DNA from: an uncultured candidate division Zixibacteria bacterium
Lineage (GTDB): Bacteria; Zixibacteria; MSB-5A5; RBG-16-43-9
Assembly: GCA_963713865.1 (NCBI GenBank)
Contig: OY970208.1
Location: 704,001-768,000, forward strand
Length of the DNA stretch: 64,000 nt
Direction: 5' to 3'
This document shows, one piece after another, positions 20,614-31,199 of this stretch. The notes beneath the pieces are model-generated. The model was not told the DNA's origin. It saw only the letters and a list, made by a program, of their open reading frames with translations, and did no database searches. The translations under genes were made by a program, and so were the position numbers. Positions within the stretch are counted from its first letter, which is position 1. Each line of letters starts with the position of its first letter.

Positions 20614-21612
20614 ATGGAAGCAGAAAAAAAACTCAAAATAGCTTTAGGTGCCCTTCTGATTGTGATTCTAATTGGCACTCTGGGATATAGTTTAATAGAA
20701 AGATGGAGTATCTTAGATTCGCTTTATATGTCGGTTATAACCATTGCTACTGTAGGGTATAAAGAGGTATGTCCGCTCTCGTTTACCGGCAAGGTCTTCA
20801 CTATCTTTTATATAATCTTCGGGGTGGGGACCACCCTTTATGCAGTAGGAGCGGGAGCGCAATTGATGTTAGAAGGGCAGATCAGGAATATCTTAGGGAG
20901 GAGAAAGATGAGCAAGAAAATAGAGGAGTTAAAAGACCATTACATAATCTGCGGATACGGAAAGGTGGGACAGCAGATCTACAATGAATTATCTTTAAGG
21001 CAAATCCTCTGCACGGTGGTGGAAAAAGATTTACAGACAGTGGAGAATGCTATTAAAGACGGGGTTCTGGTAATTCAGGGAGATTCAACCGAGGATTCTG
21101 TCTTAGAGGAAGCAGGGATAAAGAGAGCCAGGGGGCTGATCTCAGCAGTAGCATCCGAGGCGGATAACGTTTACATTTCACTTTCGGCCAGAGTACTTAA
21201 TCCAAAAATATTAATTGTAGCCCGGGCTGAAACAGAGGGGGCTGAAAAAAAGCTTTTAAGGGCTGGTGCAAATAGAGCAATTTCCCCGCATACCTTAGGA
21301 GGAAGCAGGATGGCTATGGCGGCTTTGAGACCTCATGTGGTTGATTTTATGTCTGTTGCCACTTCCTCCGAAGGAATGGATATCAGGATAGAGGAGTTAG
21401 AGGTAAAGGAGGGAAGCTCTATCTCAAATTCAACTTTGAGGGATTGCGAGATAAGGCAGAAGGTAGGAACGATTGTGTTAGCCATCCATAAAAAGGATGG
21501 GAAGATGCTTTCAGCCCCTTCCTCAGATTCTAAAATAGAGCCAGGGGATATTCTGATCGCCATTGGTAAAAGAGATGAATTGGAGAAGTTGGAAAAGCTG
21601 GTTAGCAGTTAA
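20614..21612 (+). CDS. Potassium channel family protein with TrkA-N/TrkA-C (RCK) domains
   Basis: Two TM helices around TIATVGY pore loop; HYIICGYGKVG Rossmann motif; C-terminal TrkA-C. Confidence 0.92.
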   Translation: MEAEKKLKIALGALLIVILIGTLGYSLIERWSILDSLYMSVITIATVGYKEVCPLSFTGKVFTIFYIIFGVGTTLYAVGAGAQLMLEGQIRNILGRRKMSKKIEELKDHYIICGYGKVGQQIYNELSLRQILCTVVEKDLQTVENAIKDGVLVIQGDSTEDSVLEEAGIKRARGLISAVASEADNVYISLSARVLNPKILIVARAETEGAEKKLLRAGANRAISPHTLGGSRMAMAALRPHVVDFMSVATSSEGMDIRIEELEVKEGSSISNSTLRDCEIRQKVGTIVLAIHKKDGKMLSAPSSDSKIEPGDILIAIGKRDELEKLEKLVSS

Positions 21613-21635
21613 ACTTGGAGTGCAAAAAATAAACT

Positions 21636-22637
21636 ATGCCAGAGATAAGACAGAATCGAGCTACCAAGGAGTGGGTTATCATAGCCACGGAAAGGGCTAA
21701 AAGACCGGATGATTTTAGGCCTGAGGAAGAGAAGAAAATCCTTCCAGCTTTTGATAAGGATTGCCCTTTCTGCCCGGGAAATGAAGATAAAACTCCTTCA
21801 GAGATTTTCTCCTACAGAAAGCCAGGAACAAAAAAAGATGGAACCGGCTGGTGGGTCAGGATTACCCCGAATAAATTCCCGGCTCTGACTTCCGAAGTGG
21901 AACTTTCCAGGATCACTGAAGGGTTTTTCCGCAGGATGGAAGGTTATGGCAGGCACGAGGTTATAATCGAATCACCGGAGCATAATCTTTCCCTGGGTAA
22001 TATGAGCTTGAAACAGGTGGAGGAAGTCTGTTTGGTTTACCGGCAAAGATATATCGAGCTTTCTGCCGAGAAGAATATCAAGATAATTATTATCTTCAGA
22101 AATCATGGAGAAGCGGCTGGTACCTCCCTTTTACACCCTCATTCACAGTTAATCGCCTTGCCCCTGGTTCCTACCCATATCCGGCATCTTTTAGAGGAGG
22201 CGATGAGATATTATGATGACCACGGCGTTTGCGTTTTCTGCGATATGATAAAAGAAGAGTTAGAGTTCAAAAAAAGGGTGATTCTGGAAACAGAATCTTT
22301 TGTAGCTTTCCAGCCCTTTGCCTCCAAGGTTCCTTTTGAGACTTGGGTAGTTCCTAAAAAACATAATGCCGGCTTCAGCAATGTATCGACAGATGAAACC
22401 AAAGGTTTGGCTTTTGTCCTCAGAGAAATCTTAGGGAGACTCCATTCAAAATTATCTGATCCGGATTACAATTTAGTCCTGCACACTGCACCGATAAAAG
22501 ATTCGAATGAGGACTATTATCACTGGTATATTCAAATCCTTCCACGTCTCACTACACCGGCTGGATTTGAGTTAGGCTCAGGAGTATATATAAATACCAT
22601 CCTGCCGGAGGAAACCACGAAATTCATTTCCAGTTAA
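21636..22637 (+). CDS. galT: Galactose-1-phosphate uridylyltransferase
   Basis: CPFCPGNE, NKFPAL, GTSLLHPHSQ catalytic motif, AGFELGSG. Confidence 0.92.
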   Translation: MPEIRQNRATKEWVIIATERAKRPDDFRPEEEKKILPAFDKDCPFCPGNEDKTPSEIFSYRKPGTKKDGTGWWVRITPNKFPALTSEVELSRITEGFFRRMEGYGRHEVIIESPEHNLSLGNMSLKQVEEVCLVYRQRYIELSAEKNIKIIIIFRNHGEAAGTSLLHPHSQLIALPLVPTHIRHLLEEAMRYYDDHGVCVFCDMIKEELEFKKRVILETESFVAFQPFASKVPFETWVVPKKHNAGFSNVSTDETKGLAFVLREILGRLHSKLSDPDYNLVLHTAPIKDSNEDYYHWYIQILPRLTTPAGFELGSGVYINTILPEETTKFISS

Positions 22638-22744
22638 AAGGAGTTTTATGCCAGCCTCGTAGGTCAGGTGCCCTGAGCACCTGATAGGAATAATATCAGG
22701 AGCACAAGGCTACTGACCTACAAAACTGATCTCAGGTTATTCTT

Positions 22745-23431
22745 ATGAAGGTTTTAGTTATCCAGAACTGTAAAACAGAAGGTATTGGATTATATGAAGA
22801 GTATTTCAAGGAAAAAGAGATAGATTATTATGTTTTCCCTGCTTACACTGGGATAAGATTTCCCCCGATGAAACAATTCGATGCGTTTATTGTCGCTGGA
22901 ACTCCGATTTCTGCTTACGAGATTCACAAACATCGTTTCTTAAAGAATGAGTGGAGATATTTGAAAAAGGTCATTAAATTAAATAAACCTTATCTGGGTA
23001 TCTGTTTTGGAGCTCAATTACTGGCTCGACTGCTTGGGGCAAGAGTGAGAAGAAATCCGGTAATGGAGATTGGAGGATATGAGGTGAAGCTTACCTCCGA
23101 TGGTGAAAAGAATAGATTTTTCAAAGGATTTCCGAACAGGTTTCCTGTATTCCACTGGCACGGTGATACATTCGACCTACCCAAAAAAGCTGAATTGCTG
23201 GTTCAGGGAGTTGACTGTAAAAACCAGGCATTCAGCTATAAGAAAGCAGTTGCTTTACAGTTTCATCTTGAGGTTACTTCCAGAGAAGCCAGTATCTGGG
23301 CAGATAAATACAGGAATGAGCTGAAAAGAGTTAATAATACCAAAAAACAAGTGGTCCAAGAAGCTCAAACCAGAGAAAAGAAGATGAAAAAGTTTGCCTT
23401 TTTGTTATTGGATAATTTTCTTAAGAGATGA
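22745..23431 (+). CDS. Type 1 glutamine amidotransferase-like protein
   Basis: LGICFGAQ nucleophile elbow, HWHGDTF, QFHLE. Confidence 0.9.
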   Translation: MKVLVIQNCKTEGIGLYEEYFKEKEIDYYVFPAYTGIRFPPMKQFDAFIVAGTPISAYEIHKHRFLKNEWRYLKKVIKLNKPYLGICFGAQLLARLLGARVRRNPVMEIGGYEVKLTSDGEKNRFFKGFPNRFPVFHWHGDTFDLPKKAELLVQGVDCKNQAFSYKKAVALQFHLEVTSREASIWADKYRNELKRVNNTKKQVVQEAQTREKKMKKFAFLLLDNFLKR

Positions 23432-23521
23432 TGGTTGGTCTCCAGATTTAGGGATATATCCGAACTGGTTCGGTGACAACCAAATTAGCCGAAATTGACT
23501 GGATGCCCAGGAGGAAGTAAA

Positions 23522-24313
23522 GTGTTAGAAGGTAAATCTAATGATATTGAAAGAATTAGAACTCGATGGAACGAACGCGCGGAAAGCTATGATGAATACT
23601 ATAAGAATTTCAGGGGTGCGGTTGAGCATTATGTAGAATGGGAGTTACTGAAGAAGTATCTGCCGAAAAACAAAAATGTAAAAATCTTAGATGCGGCTGG
23701 AGGAACAGGAAGGATTACACTACCTTTAGCAAAAATGGGATATTCAGTTACTTTATGTGACATATCCCCTAAGATGCTGGAGGTGGCTAAGCAAAAAATG
23801 CTCAAAGAAAAGGTGTCGGATAAAGTGACCATCTTAGAATGCAACGTGTATAATATGCCTTTTCCTGATGAGAGCTTTGACTTTGTTCTCTGCTATGGTG
23901 GAGGGATAAAGGCTGTAAAAGAGCTGGTAAGGGTTACAAAGAAGAAAGGAAAAATTTCGATGTGCATAGCGAATAGGTGTGGAACTGCGATTAATAAGTT
24001 TCGTGAATACCCCGAGCATGCTCTTGCATTGCTAACATCGAAATCGAATTATGACTGCTATGAAGATGAGAAATACAGGGTTTTCAGCGAAAAAGAGGCC
24101 AGGGAGCTCCTTGATAAGAAAGGATTCAGGATTGTTGCGATCTATGCCTGCGATATATGGGACTCGCTCTCCATCCCCAAAAGAATTCTTGAGTCTTGCG
24201 ATTGGGATAAAAACTTCTTCAGGCAGACAACAGAGGTAATATTAAGATTGGCTAAAGAGCCAGCCGTTAGAGGGATTTCAAAGCACTGGGTTCTATATGG
24301 GGAGAGAATTTAG
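23522..24313 (+). CDS. Class I SAM-dependent methyltransferase (probable gene cassette)
   Basis: ILDAAGGTG motif I; GTG 23522 preceded by AGGAGG; followed by an attC site. Confidence 0.88.
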   Translation: MLEGKSNDIERIRTRWNERAESYDEYYKNFRGAVEHYVEWELLKKYLPKNKNVKILDAAGGTGRITLPLAKMGYSVTLCDISPKMLEVAKQKMLKEKVSDKVTILECNVYNMPFPDESFDFVLCYGGGIKAVKELVRVTKKKGKISMCIANRCGTAINKFREYPEHALALLTSKSNYDCYEDEKYRVFSEKEARELLDKKGFRIVAIYACDIWDSLSIPKRILESCDWDKNFFRQTTEVILRLAKEPAVRGISKHWVLYGERI

Positions 24314-24367
24314 AATGGGAAAGCCACATATGACGGCCACATCTCAAAAATTTAGTGAGCCAACATC

Positions 24368-24458
24368 GCCTAGCAGAGCGTGTCTGGCTCTGTGCCTTCG
24401 GCACTCCGTCCAAATCCAGCTGTACGGCTGGATTTCAGATACGCTCGGAACGTTAGGC
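24368..24458 (+). mobile_element. Integron attC site (R'' variant GCCTAGC)
   Basis: GCCTAGC...GTTAGGC ends; inner arms GAGCGTGTCTG/CAGATACGCTC; internal hairpins. Confidence 0.8.
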
Positions 24459-24480
24459 GAAACAGCAGAGGTGATAAATT

Positions 24481-25230
24481 ATGAGCATCTATGAAAAATT
24501 CGCATACTTCTATGTAAAAGGACCATACCCTCAATATACCGAGAGAATGGCAGAATTACTTCACCCTGTGCTTACGCGATTTGGTGCAGAACCACGGACG
24601 ATTTTAGATCTAGCCTGCGGAGAAGGGACATTCGCTGTGGTAATGGCAAAGAAAGGATTTCAAGTGATGGGTGTTGATCTATCTCCACAGATGCTACAAT
24701 TTGCCCGAGAACGGGCTGAAAAGGAGAATGTAAATGTAGAGTTTCTCCTTCATGACATGCGATCCCTGCCCTTTGAAGGGAGATTCGATCTTGTGACTTG
24801 CTGGTATGATAGTTTGAATTACCTCCTGGAGTTAGAGGATTTGGAAAAGACTTTTGCAGGTGTGTGGCTGACACTGAAGAAAACAGGACTTTTCATTTTT
24901 GATATGAACACTATTTACGGGTTGGCTGTTAACTGGCAACGGTATCCCTGCAATGTTCAACAAGATACTCCCCAGTTGTTTGAGCTCCACCGTTCAAGCT
25001 ATGACTTTGAGAAAAATATAGTTACTCTAAGAATTGCGGGATTTGTGAAGGAAGAGAGGGGATGGACCCGGATGGACGAAGAACATAAGGAGCGTGGATA
25101 TTCCCTGGAGGAGATAAAACAATGTTTAAAGAAATCCGGCTTGAAGGAACTCGCATGCTGGGGGAGTTTGCAAGAAATGAGCGAACCTCAGCCAAACAAC
25201 GGGCGCGTATGGTTCGTGACGCAGAAATAG
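24481..25230 (+). CDS. Class I SAM-dependent methyltransferase (gene cassette)
   Basis: ILDLACGEG motif I, FDLVTCWYDSLNY; bounded by GTTAGGCGA and TCGTCTAAC. Confidence 0.9.
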   Translation: MSIYEKFAYFYVKGPYPQYTERMAELLHPVLTRFGAEPRTILDLACGEGTFAVVMAKKGFQVMGVDLSPQMLQFARERAEKENVNVEFLLHDMRSLPFEGRFDLVTCWYDSLNYLLELEDLEKTFAGVWLTLKKTGLFIFDMNTIYGLAVNWQRYPCNVQQDTPQLFELHRSSYDFEKNIVTLRIAGFVKEERGWTRMDEEHKERGYSLEEIKQCLKKSGLKELACWGSLQEMSEPQPNNGRVWFVTQK

Positions 25231-25248
25231 ATGTAATTCTGCCGCATC

Positions 25249-25343
25249 GTCTAACACAGCATATACCCTTCGGGCTTACGCCCGTGCCCTTTGGGACATT
25301 GCTCCCTTCGGCCGCAACGTCGTATATCCCGGGAACATTGCAC
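25249..25343 (+). mobile_element. Integron attC site, R' degenerate (ATT instead of GTT)
   Basis: GTCTAAC R''; ATATAC/GTATAT inner arms; ends GGAAC-ATTG at the position where the previous attC has GGAAC-GTTA. Confidence 0.7.
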
Positions 25344-25368
25344 TGAGTAACAAAAAGGAGGTAGCAAG

Positions 25369-25971
25369 ATGAGTGAAGAAAAGAAAATTCTGCTTAAGAA
25401 GATACGAAAATGGTTGATTTTGTTTATATTTATTGCTTTCATTGGAACAACCTCAAGGATTCTATCGGGACAATCTGATACAGGAGGTAGCAAATTGACT
25501 GAAGATGAAAAGTTTACAGAACAAGAATGTCACAAGAAGTTCGCAGTTAGCTTGAATAACCTGGTCTGGAGCTTATTGGGGAAAAAGGATAGAACCGGAC
25601 AGGAAAATGAGACAATGATTCATGCGGCCCATGCTTCCTGTTTTCACTGGGGCAAGGTTGGAACCGCGGTGAATTTACAAAGAGGCGAATGGCTGATTTC
25701 TCACGTATATGCAGTTCTAAACAGGGCTGAACCAGCACTCTATCACGCTGAGAAATGTATAGAGATCACCCAAGAGAATAATCTGGTTGACTTTGATTTT
25801 GCCTATGCTTACGAGGCGATGGCAAGAGCGTATGCTGTTGCCGGGGAAAAATCCGAGTGCGGCAAATACATTAAGTTAGCCAAAGAGGCCGGGGAGAAAA
25901 TAAAAGCCAAGGAGGACCGGGACATTTTCTTAAATGATTTTGAAACGGGTCCCTGGTATGATATGAAGTAG
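25369..25971 (+). CDS. Hypothetical helical protein with N-terminal hydrophobic segment (probable cassette)
   Basis: Strong RBS; MIHAAHAS...HWG...RGEWLISHVYA core; second in-frame RBS plus TTG at 25495. Confidence 0.8.
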   Translation: MSEEKKILLKKIRKWLILFIFIAFIGTTSRILSGQSDTGGSKLTEDEKFTEQECHKKFAVSLNNLVWSLLGKKDRTGQENETMIHAAHASCFHWGKVGTAVNLQRGEWLISHVYAVLNRAEPALYHAEKCIEITQENNLVDFDFAYAYEAMARAYAVAGEKSECGKYIKLAKEAGEKIKAKEDRDIFLNDFETGPWYDMK

Positions 25972-25984
25972 GGTCTGTTACTTC

Positions 25985-26062
25985 GCAAAACAAAGGCTTT
26001 GCCCCTCCGTTACATTTTACCCAAACCGCCTGAACTCTTCGCAAAACCCGGGGAGGTTGGGC
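25985..26062 (+). mobile_element. Degenerate attC-like site
   Basis: Ends in CCCGGGGAG-GTTGGGC (GTTRRRY), resembling the other attC right ends; left end GCAAAAC is weak. Confidence 0.45.
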
Positions 26063-26090
26063 AAAACGATACCTTCCGAGAGGAGGTGGA

Positions 26091-27062
26091 ATGCTGAACA
26101 ACCTGATTGACAAACTGCTCAAATCAGATGAGCCATCGATCCGATTCAAAATTCTGGTGAATGTTCTCGGCAAAGAATTAGAATCCACTGAAATCAAAAA
26201 ACTGCAACAGGAGATAAAATCTTCTCCCCGGGTGAGAGCGCTTTTATCGGAAAGAGGCAGGAATGGGAAAATACCGTTTCACCCTTATCGCAAATGGTAT
26301 GGTGCTCATTGGATTCTGGCAACTCTGGCAGATATCGGCTATCCTGCTGGTGACAAATCACTCATCCCCTTAAGGGAACAGGTCTATGACTGGCTCTTTT
26401 CAAAGGATGAGGAGAAAAACATAAAAACCATACGCGGCCGGGTGAGAAGATGCGCCTCACTCGAAGGAAATGCGCTTCACTACCTGCTCTCGCTCGATCT
26501 GGCAGATACTAAAATTGAGCGGCTGGTGGAGCGCTTGGTTAGGTGGCAGTGGTCCGATGGCGGATGGAATTGCGACAAGAACCCGAAAGCCGTAAATTCG
26601 TCTTTCATGGAAAGCCTTATTCCTCTTCGAGCACTGGCTCTTTATGGAAAGCTAACCGGTTGCCGGGATGCTAAAAGGGCGGCAAGGAATGCTGCTGAGA
26701 TTTTCCTCAAAAGAAAAATGTTTAAAATTAAGCCGAGAAGAAGATGGAGCAAAGAGGACTTCCTAAAGCTTCATTATCCCTGTTACTGGCATTATGATAT
26801 CCTGTTTGGTCTGAAGGTTATGGCAGAGTCAGGTTTTATCGGCGATGAACGGTGCGGTGATGCTCTGGAGTTACTGGAATCAAAATGGCTGCCCGACGGT
26901 GGGTTTCCAGCGGAGGAGAAATATTATCAAGTTATGCAAAAAGGTAAAATAACGAGCGGGCGCTCGTTGGTCGACTGGGGAGGAACAAGCAAGACCTGTA
27001 TGAATGAATTCGTAACGGCAGATGCTTTATACGTATTTAAGAAATCAGGACGATTGATATGA
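26091..27062 (+). CDS. Prenyltransferase/squalene-cyclase-like alpha/alpha barrel protein
   Basis: WQWSDGGWNC and WLPDGGF repeat-like motifs; YPCYWHYDIL. Confidence 0.7.
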   Translation: MLNNLIDKLLKSDEPSIRFKILVNVLGKELESTEIKKLQQEIKSSPRVRALLSERGRNGKIPFHPYRKWYGAHWILATLADIGYPAGDKSLIPLREQVYDWLFSKDEEKNIKTIRGRVRRCASLEGNALHYLLSLDLADTKIERLVERLVRWQWSDGGWNCDKNPKAVNSSFMESLIPLRALALYGKLTGCRDAKRAARNAAEIFLKRKMFKIKPRRRWSKEDFLKLHYPCYWHYDILFGLKVMAESGFIGDERCGDALELLESKWLPDGGFPAEEKYYQVMQKGKITSGRSLVDWGGTSKTCMNEFVTADALYVFKKSGRLI

Positions 27063-27265
27063 TACGGAGATTGTCGTTAGCTCCCCGCGAGAGGAGGGAG
27101 GAGAAGATCCCCTCTCCCCTTGTGGGAGAGGGTTAGGGAGAGGGGAAAATAAAAATGATATCACCCTCCCTTAGTCCCTCCCATCAAGGGAAGGAGAGAA
27201 CTTTTAGGTTCACACATAGGCGATCCGCCTTTGGCAAATCAGCCCATCCAAAAAATGGAGGATTT

Positions 27266-27748
27266 ATGGAAACCAAAATCTATAAGTTGAAAGTTCCTGA
27301 AGGAATAAATGTTATCTTAGGGCAGACGCATTTCATTAAAACGGCTGAGGATTTGTATGAAGTTTTAGTAAGCTCTGTCCCGCAGATAAAATTCGGGCTT
27401 GCCTTCTGTGAGGCTTCGGGTCCCTGTCTGGTTCGCTCTGAAGGCAATGATGAGGAACTAAAAAAACTGGCTGAAACTTCTGCTTTTGAGATCGGAGCAG
27501 GTCACAGTTTTATCATCTATCTCAAAAACGTCTTTCCTATAAATATTTTGAATGCGGTGAAGAACTGTCCTGAGGTCTGCAATATATTCTGCGCTACTGC
27601 CAACCCGGTGGAAGTCATAATTGCAGAGACTGAGCTGGGAAGAGGTGTTTTAGGTGTGATAGATGGCTTTAAGCCTAAGGGGATTGAAAAGGAAGAGGAT
27701 AAAAAACACAGAAAGGAGTTCCTGCGTAAGATCGGCTACAAGTTATGA
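27266..27748 (+). CDS. Adenosine-specific kinase family (DUF355) protein
   Basis: [28 protein letters not shown] motifs; start moved to ATG 27266 after GGAGG. Confidence 0.88.
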   Translation: METKIYKLKVPEGINVILGQTHFIKTAEDLYEVLVSSVPQIKFGLAFCEASGPCLVRSEGNDEELKKLAETSAFEIGAGHSFIIYLKNVFPINILNAVKNCPEVCNIFCATANPVEVIIAETELGRGVLGVIDGFKPKGIEKEEDKKHRKEFLRKIGYKL

Positions 27749-28743
27749 TCGAATATAAAAACGGAATACATATCCAGGATACCCTTTTCTGGCTGGATGC
27801 CCGGAAGAAAACCGATTTCTCCTTTATCTCCCACGCCCATATTGACCACATTGCCCGGCATAAGGAGATTCTGGCAACGGCGGAGACTAAGGCTTTATAT
27901 GAGCATCGCCTGGGTAAGATTAAAGCTATTACTTTGGGGTATCATATCCCTAAAAGAGTTAAAGGGGTTAAAGTTGAGCTTTTTCCATCCGGGCATATAC
28001 TCGGCTCTGCCCAGATTCTGCTTGATTTAGCCGGGACAAAGATAATCTATACGGGTGATTTTAAATTAAGAAAATCTTTGACTGCTAAAAGAGGAGAGAT
28101 CAAGAAATGTGATATCCTGATTATGGAATCAACCTTTGGACTTCCAAAGTATATCTTCCCACCAGTTGAGGAGATTTATAAGAAGATTATAGACTTTGTG
28201 GAAAAAACTTTAAATCAGAAAAAAGTACCGGTGATATTAGCTTATTCTCTGGGCAAAGCTCAGGAAGCAATAAAGCTCTTAGGGGATAAAGGTTTTAAAT
28301 TAAGTTTGCAGGGAGCGGTTTTCAATCTGGTCGAAATATACGAGGAGTTCGGGGTGAAGTTTAAAAATTACGAAAAATATGAATCTGAAAACCTTAAAGA
28401 TAAAGTCCTGATTACCCCTCCTCACACCCGGAAATTCAAAATGGTGCAAGAGATACCCCAAAAAAAGATTGCTTTTTTAACGGGCTGGGGAATAGATAAT
28501 GGAGCCAAATATTCCTATGGTGTGGACGAGGTTTTTCCTTTATCCGACCATGCGGATTTTAAAGAGCTTCTGGAATATGCAAAAGAATCCAACCCTCAGA
28601 AAATCTATGTAGTTCACGGTTTTAAGGAATTTGTGGAACATTTAAAAAAATTGGGCTTTGATGCGGAAGAATTAAATGAGGGGACAAAATTCGACAGAAA
28701 GTTGAGTAAGGAGATTTTGTTGAATTATGATTTGTTTAGATAA
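27745..28743 (+). CDS. MBL-fold / beta-CASP metallo-hydrolase (exonuclease-like)
   Basis: SHAHIDH, GHILGS, YTGDF, ESTFG, LSDHAD and VHG motifs. Confidence 0.88.
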   Translation: MIEYKNGIHIQDTLFWLDARKKTDFSFISHAHIDHIARHKEILATAETKALYEHRLGKIKAITLGYHIPKRVKGVKVELFPSGHILGSAQILLDLAGTKIIYTGDFKLRKSLTAKRGEIKKCDILIMESTFGLPKYIFPPVEEIYKKIIDFVEKTLNQKKVPVILAYSLGKAQEAIKLLGDKGFKLSLQGAVFNLVEIYEEFGVKFKNYEKYESENLKDKVLITPPHTRKFKMVQEIPQKKIAFLTGWGIDNGAKYSYGVDEVFPLSDHADFKELLEYAKESNPQKIYVVHGFKEFVEHLKKLGFDAEELNEGTKFDRKLSKEILLNYDLFR

Positions 28744-28927
28744 AATTAAATAGCAAAAAGGTATCAGGAGGTAACTCCTGATACCACAATTAAAATTCTA
28801 TATGCCTGTCGTTCACTTCTGGAGGACTAACCCGATGTAAAAAGTAAAGCTAAAAGCTTTACACTCCAGGTCATTTAATTAGTGGACAGCACAATGTCCT
28901 GTCCCTACAATTTTTTCCAGAGACTAC

Positions 28928-30775
28928 CTACTCTTTCTTTTTGAGTTCGTATTCACCAGAAGGATCGATCTGTTTTAAGGCTTTGACTTGGTTATTTTCC
29001 ACCATGAATACGAAGGTGTAGTCAGCGAATTGTTTTATCCGGAAGGTGTGGGTTTTGACGGGTACCAATTCGTACACTGGTTGGCCCGGCACAGACAGGT
29101 AGAGACTGTTGTCAGTTTTTAGTATGACTTCAATGGTCGTGCCTGCAATTTCGTATTTTCCAGCATATTGTTTCAGGATATCGGGGTCGGTGAGAGAAGC
29201 ATCTGTCTTCCGGACAAAGGTTGCTTCGGATTCGTCCAGAGAAAATACCACCCGGTCGATATCACCCTGGGGATTGGTGTAGAAGTTTAGCGACCATAAC
29301 CCGTATTGCTCATCGTTCGGGGTATCGAACCGGTCGTAGTGATAATGATTGAGAGGAAGCTTTATCTTGTGGAAATCAAATTGCAGAGCAGTATCTTCCT
29401 TAGAGATGGTCAGAATTCCATAGGCTGGATGTTCATATTGACCAGCATAATCTGAGAGCGGGTGGGATGGTTTAGTATTAGCAATACGATCCTGTCCAGC
29501 CTTTTGTCTCCCTTCTTTACCAGCCTGTTTACCTTTGATACGGTCCTCCAATCGCCTTTCATTCCAGGGTGTCTGTTTCAACCCAAGAAGTCGCTCATAG
29601 ATATTGTAGGAAATAACGTTGTATAAAGGAGCACCGTGATCTCCGATGACGAAGACGATAACCCCGATACTGTCATAGGGCATACAGGAGATCTGGGAAT
29701 GGAAACCATCGATGTCTCCTCCGTGATAAGTTAAATAATGACCTCTGTAGGAGGCAAACCATCTGCCCATACCATAAACCGAATTCAGCAGCTCTTCATA
29801 ACCCTTGTTTTCCAGATTGGTATTGGGTAGTGCAATGGATGGCTCCAGGGTTGCTTTAACCACGTTCTCCGGGATAACCTGTTTCCTTTCATATTTTCCG
29901 CCATTCATCAAGGCTATTAACCAATGTGACATATCCTGAATGCTTGAAATGATGGAACCGGCTGGACCCATTCCCTGAACATCTTCATAGTATGGAATTC
30001 TATAAAGCAAAGTAGTATCTCTTTTCTCATTATAGGGAACTGCAAAGTCGGGTTGTTTGGTCATTTCCTCTATGGAGAAAAGGGTACTTTTCATATCCAA
30101 TGGTTTGAAGATCCGCTCACGCACGAAATCTTCCCAGGTTTTTTGGGTCAGATACTCGATGATATACCCTGAGGCGGCATACATCATATTGTTGTATAAA
30201 AAACCCTGTCTGAGGGGTTGGCTTGGCTCAAGATATTTCAGACGGTCGAATAACTCCTTGCGCGTAAAGTTCGATTTATACCAGATCATATCATGACGGG
30301 AAATCCCGGTGCGGTGGGATAACATATCGCGGATAGTGACAGTGTTGTTTAATTCGTCATTATAAAACTCTATGATCGGCACATACTGGCGAACAGGTTT
30401 ATCCCAATCTAATTTCTTCTCCTCGACGAGCAGCCCGATGGCTGATGATGTAAATAATTTTGTATTTGAAGCAATCTGGAATAAGGTATTAGGTGTAATC
30501 GGTAGTTTTTTCTCATAGTCCCGGTATCCATACCCCTTGGCGAAAACTAACTGGTCTTTGACAACTACCCCAACTCCAACACCAGGAGTGTTCCAATCCT
30601 TAAGCACTTTTTCCATATACTGGTCAAAACCTTTTAGCTTTTTTTGAACATCCCGGGTTTGAGCGAAAACTGTAAATGGAAGTTGAAAACATAGAAATAT
30701 GAGAATTATTATGCTCAACTTAGTTTTGATAAATGAACGCATATTACCTCTCTCTGGTAAAGGCGTGATTTTCAT
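28928..30775 (-). CDS. Secreted serine hydrolase (class C beta-lactamase fold) with C-terminal DUF3471-like domains
   Basis: Signal peptide; SNTK (SxxK), YNN and HGG motifs. Confidence 0.88.
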   Translation of the reverse strand: MKITPLPERGNMRSFIKTKLSIIILIFLCFQLPFTVFAQTRDVQKKLKGFDQYMEKVLKDWNTPGVGVGVVVKDQLVFAKGYGYRDYEKKLPITPNTLFQIASNTKLFTSSAIGLLVEEKKLDWDKPVRQYVPIIEFYNDELNNTVTIRDMLSHRTGISRHDMIWYKSNFTRKELFDRLKYLEPSQPLRQGFLYNNMMYAASGYIIEYLTQKTWEDFVRERIFKPLDMKSTLFSIEEMTKQPDFAVPYNEKRDTTLLYRIPYYEDVQGMGPAGSIISSIQDMSHWLIALMNGGKYERKQVIPENVVKATLEPSIALPNTNLENKGYEELLNSVYGMGRWFASYRGHYLTYHGGDIDGFHSQISCMPYDSIGVIVFVIGDHGAPLYNVISYNIYERLLGLKQTPWNERRLEDRIKGKQAGKEGRQKAGQDRIANTKPSHPLSDYAGQYEHPAYGILTISKEDTALQFDFHKIKLPLNHYHYDRFDTPNDEQYGLWSLNFYTNPQGDIDRVVFSLDESEATFVRKTDASLTDPDILKQYAGKYEIAGTTIEVILKTDNSLYLSVPGQPVYELVPVKTHTFRIKQFADYTFVFMVENNQVKALKQIDPSGEYELKKKE

Positions 30776-31115
30776 TGTGTCCTCCTGTTCTTAGATTATT
30801 TAACTTACTAAACTAAATTACCGTATTCGAATTTCTGAGTTATGACGTTCTTCTTTCAATTTGACGTGATAAAATCCAAAAGGTTTCATTATTCTTTTCC
30901 TGCAGATTTATAAATCGGACTGTAATCTAACTCTTGGAAAATATTTAGCAAGGAATTTTTGCGGGGGGAAATGATATCGCCCTCCCTCTATCCCTCCCAT
31001 TCCTACGGATCCGTTTAGGACAAGGGAGGGAAAATATAAGGACAGAACATTGTTCTGTCCCTACAAAAATCGGTGGTTCCACCTCCTACTCCAGGCTAAT
31101 TCACTCTGTAATCCG

Positions 31116-31159
31116 AAAAAAACATAAGGGCTGGGAGAGCCTGAGGATTCCCAGCCCTT
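31116..31159 (-). terminator. Intrinsic terminator
   Basis: AAGGGCTGGGA/TCCCAGCCCTT stem followed on the - strand by a T-rich run. Confidence 0.65.
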
Positions 31160-31199
31160 CAGGAGGGGGGCTGTTGGGTTGAAGAATTTATCTTTTTAG

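Noticed and set aside
20740-20770. TVGYK instead of TVGYG in the K+ channel filter as a novelty
   Set aside because: Substitution at this position is common in prokaryotic RCK-gated channel homologues, so it is not distinctive by itself.
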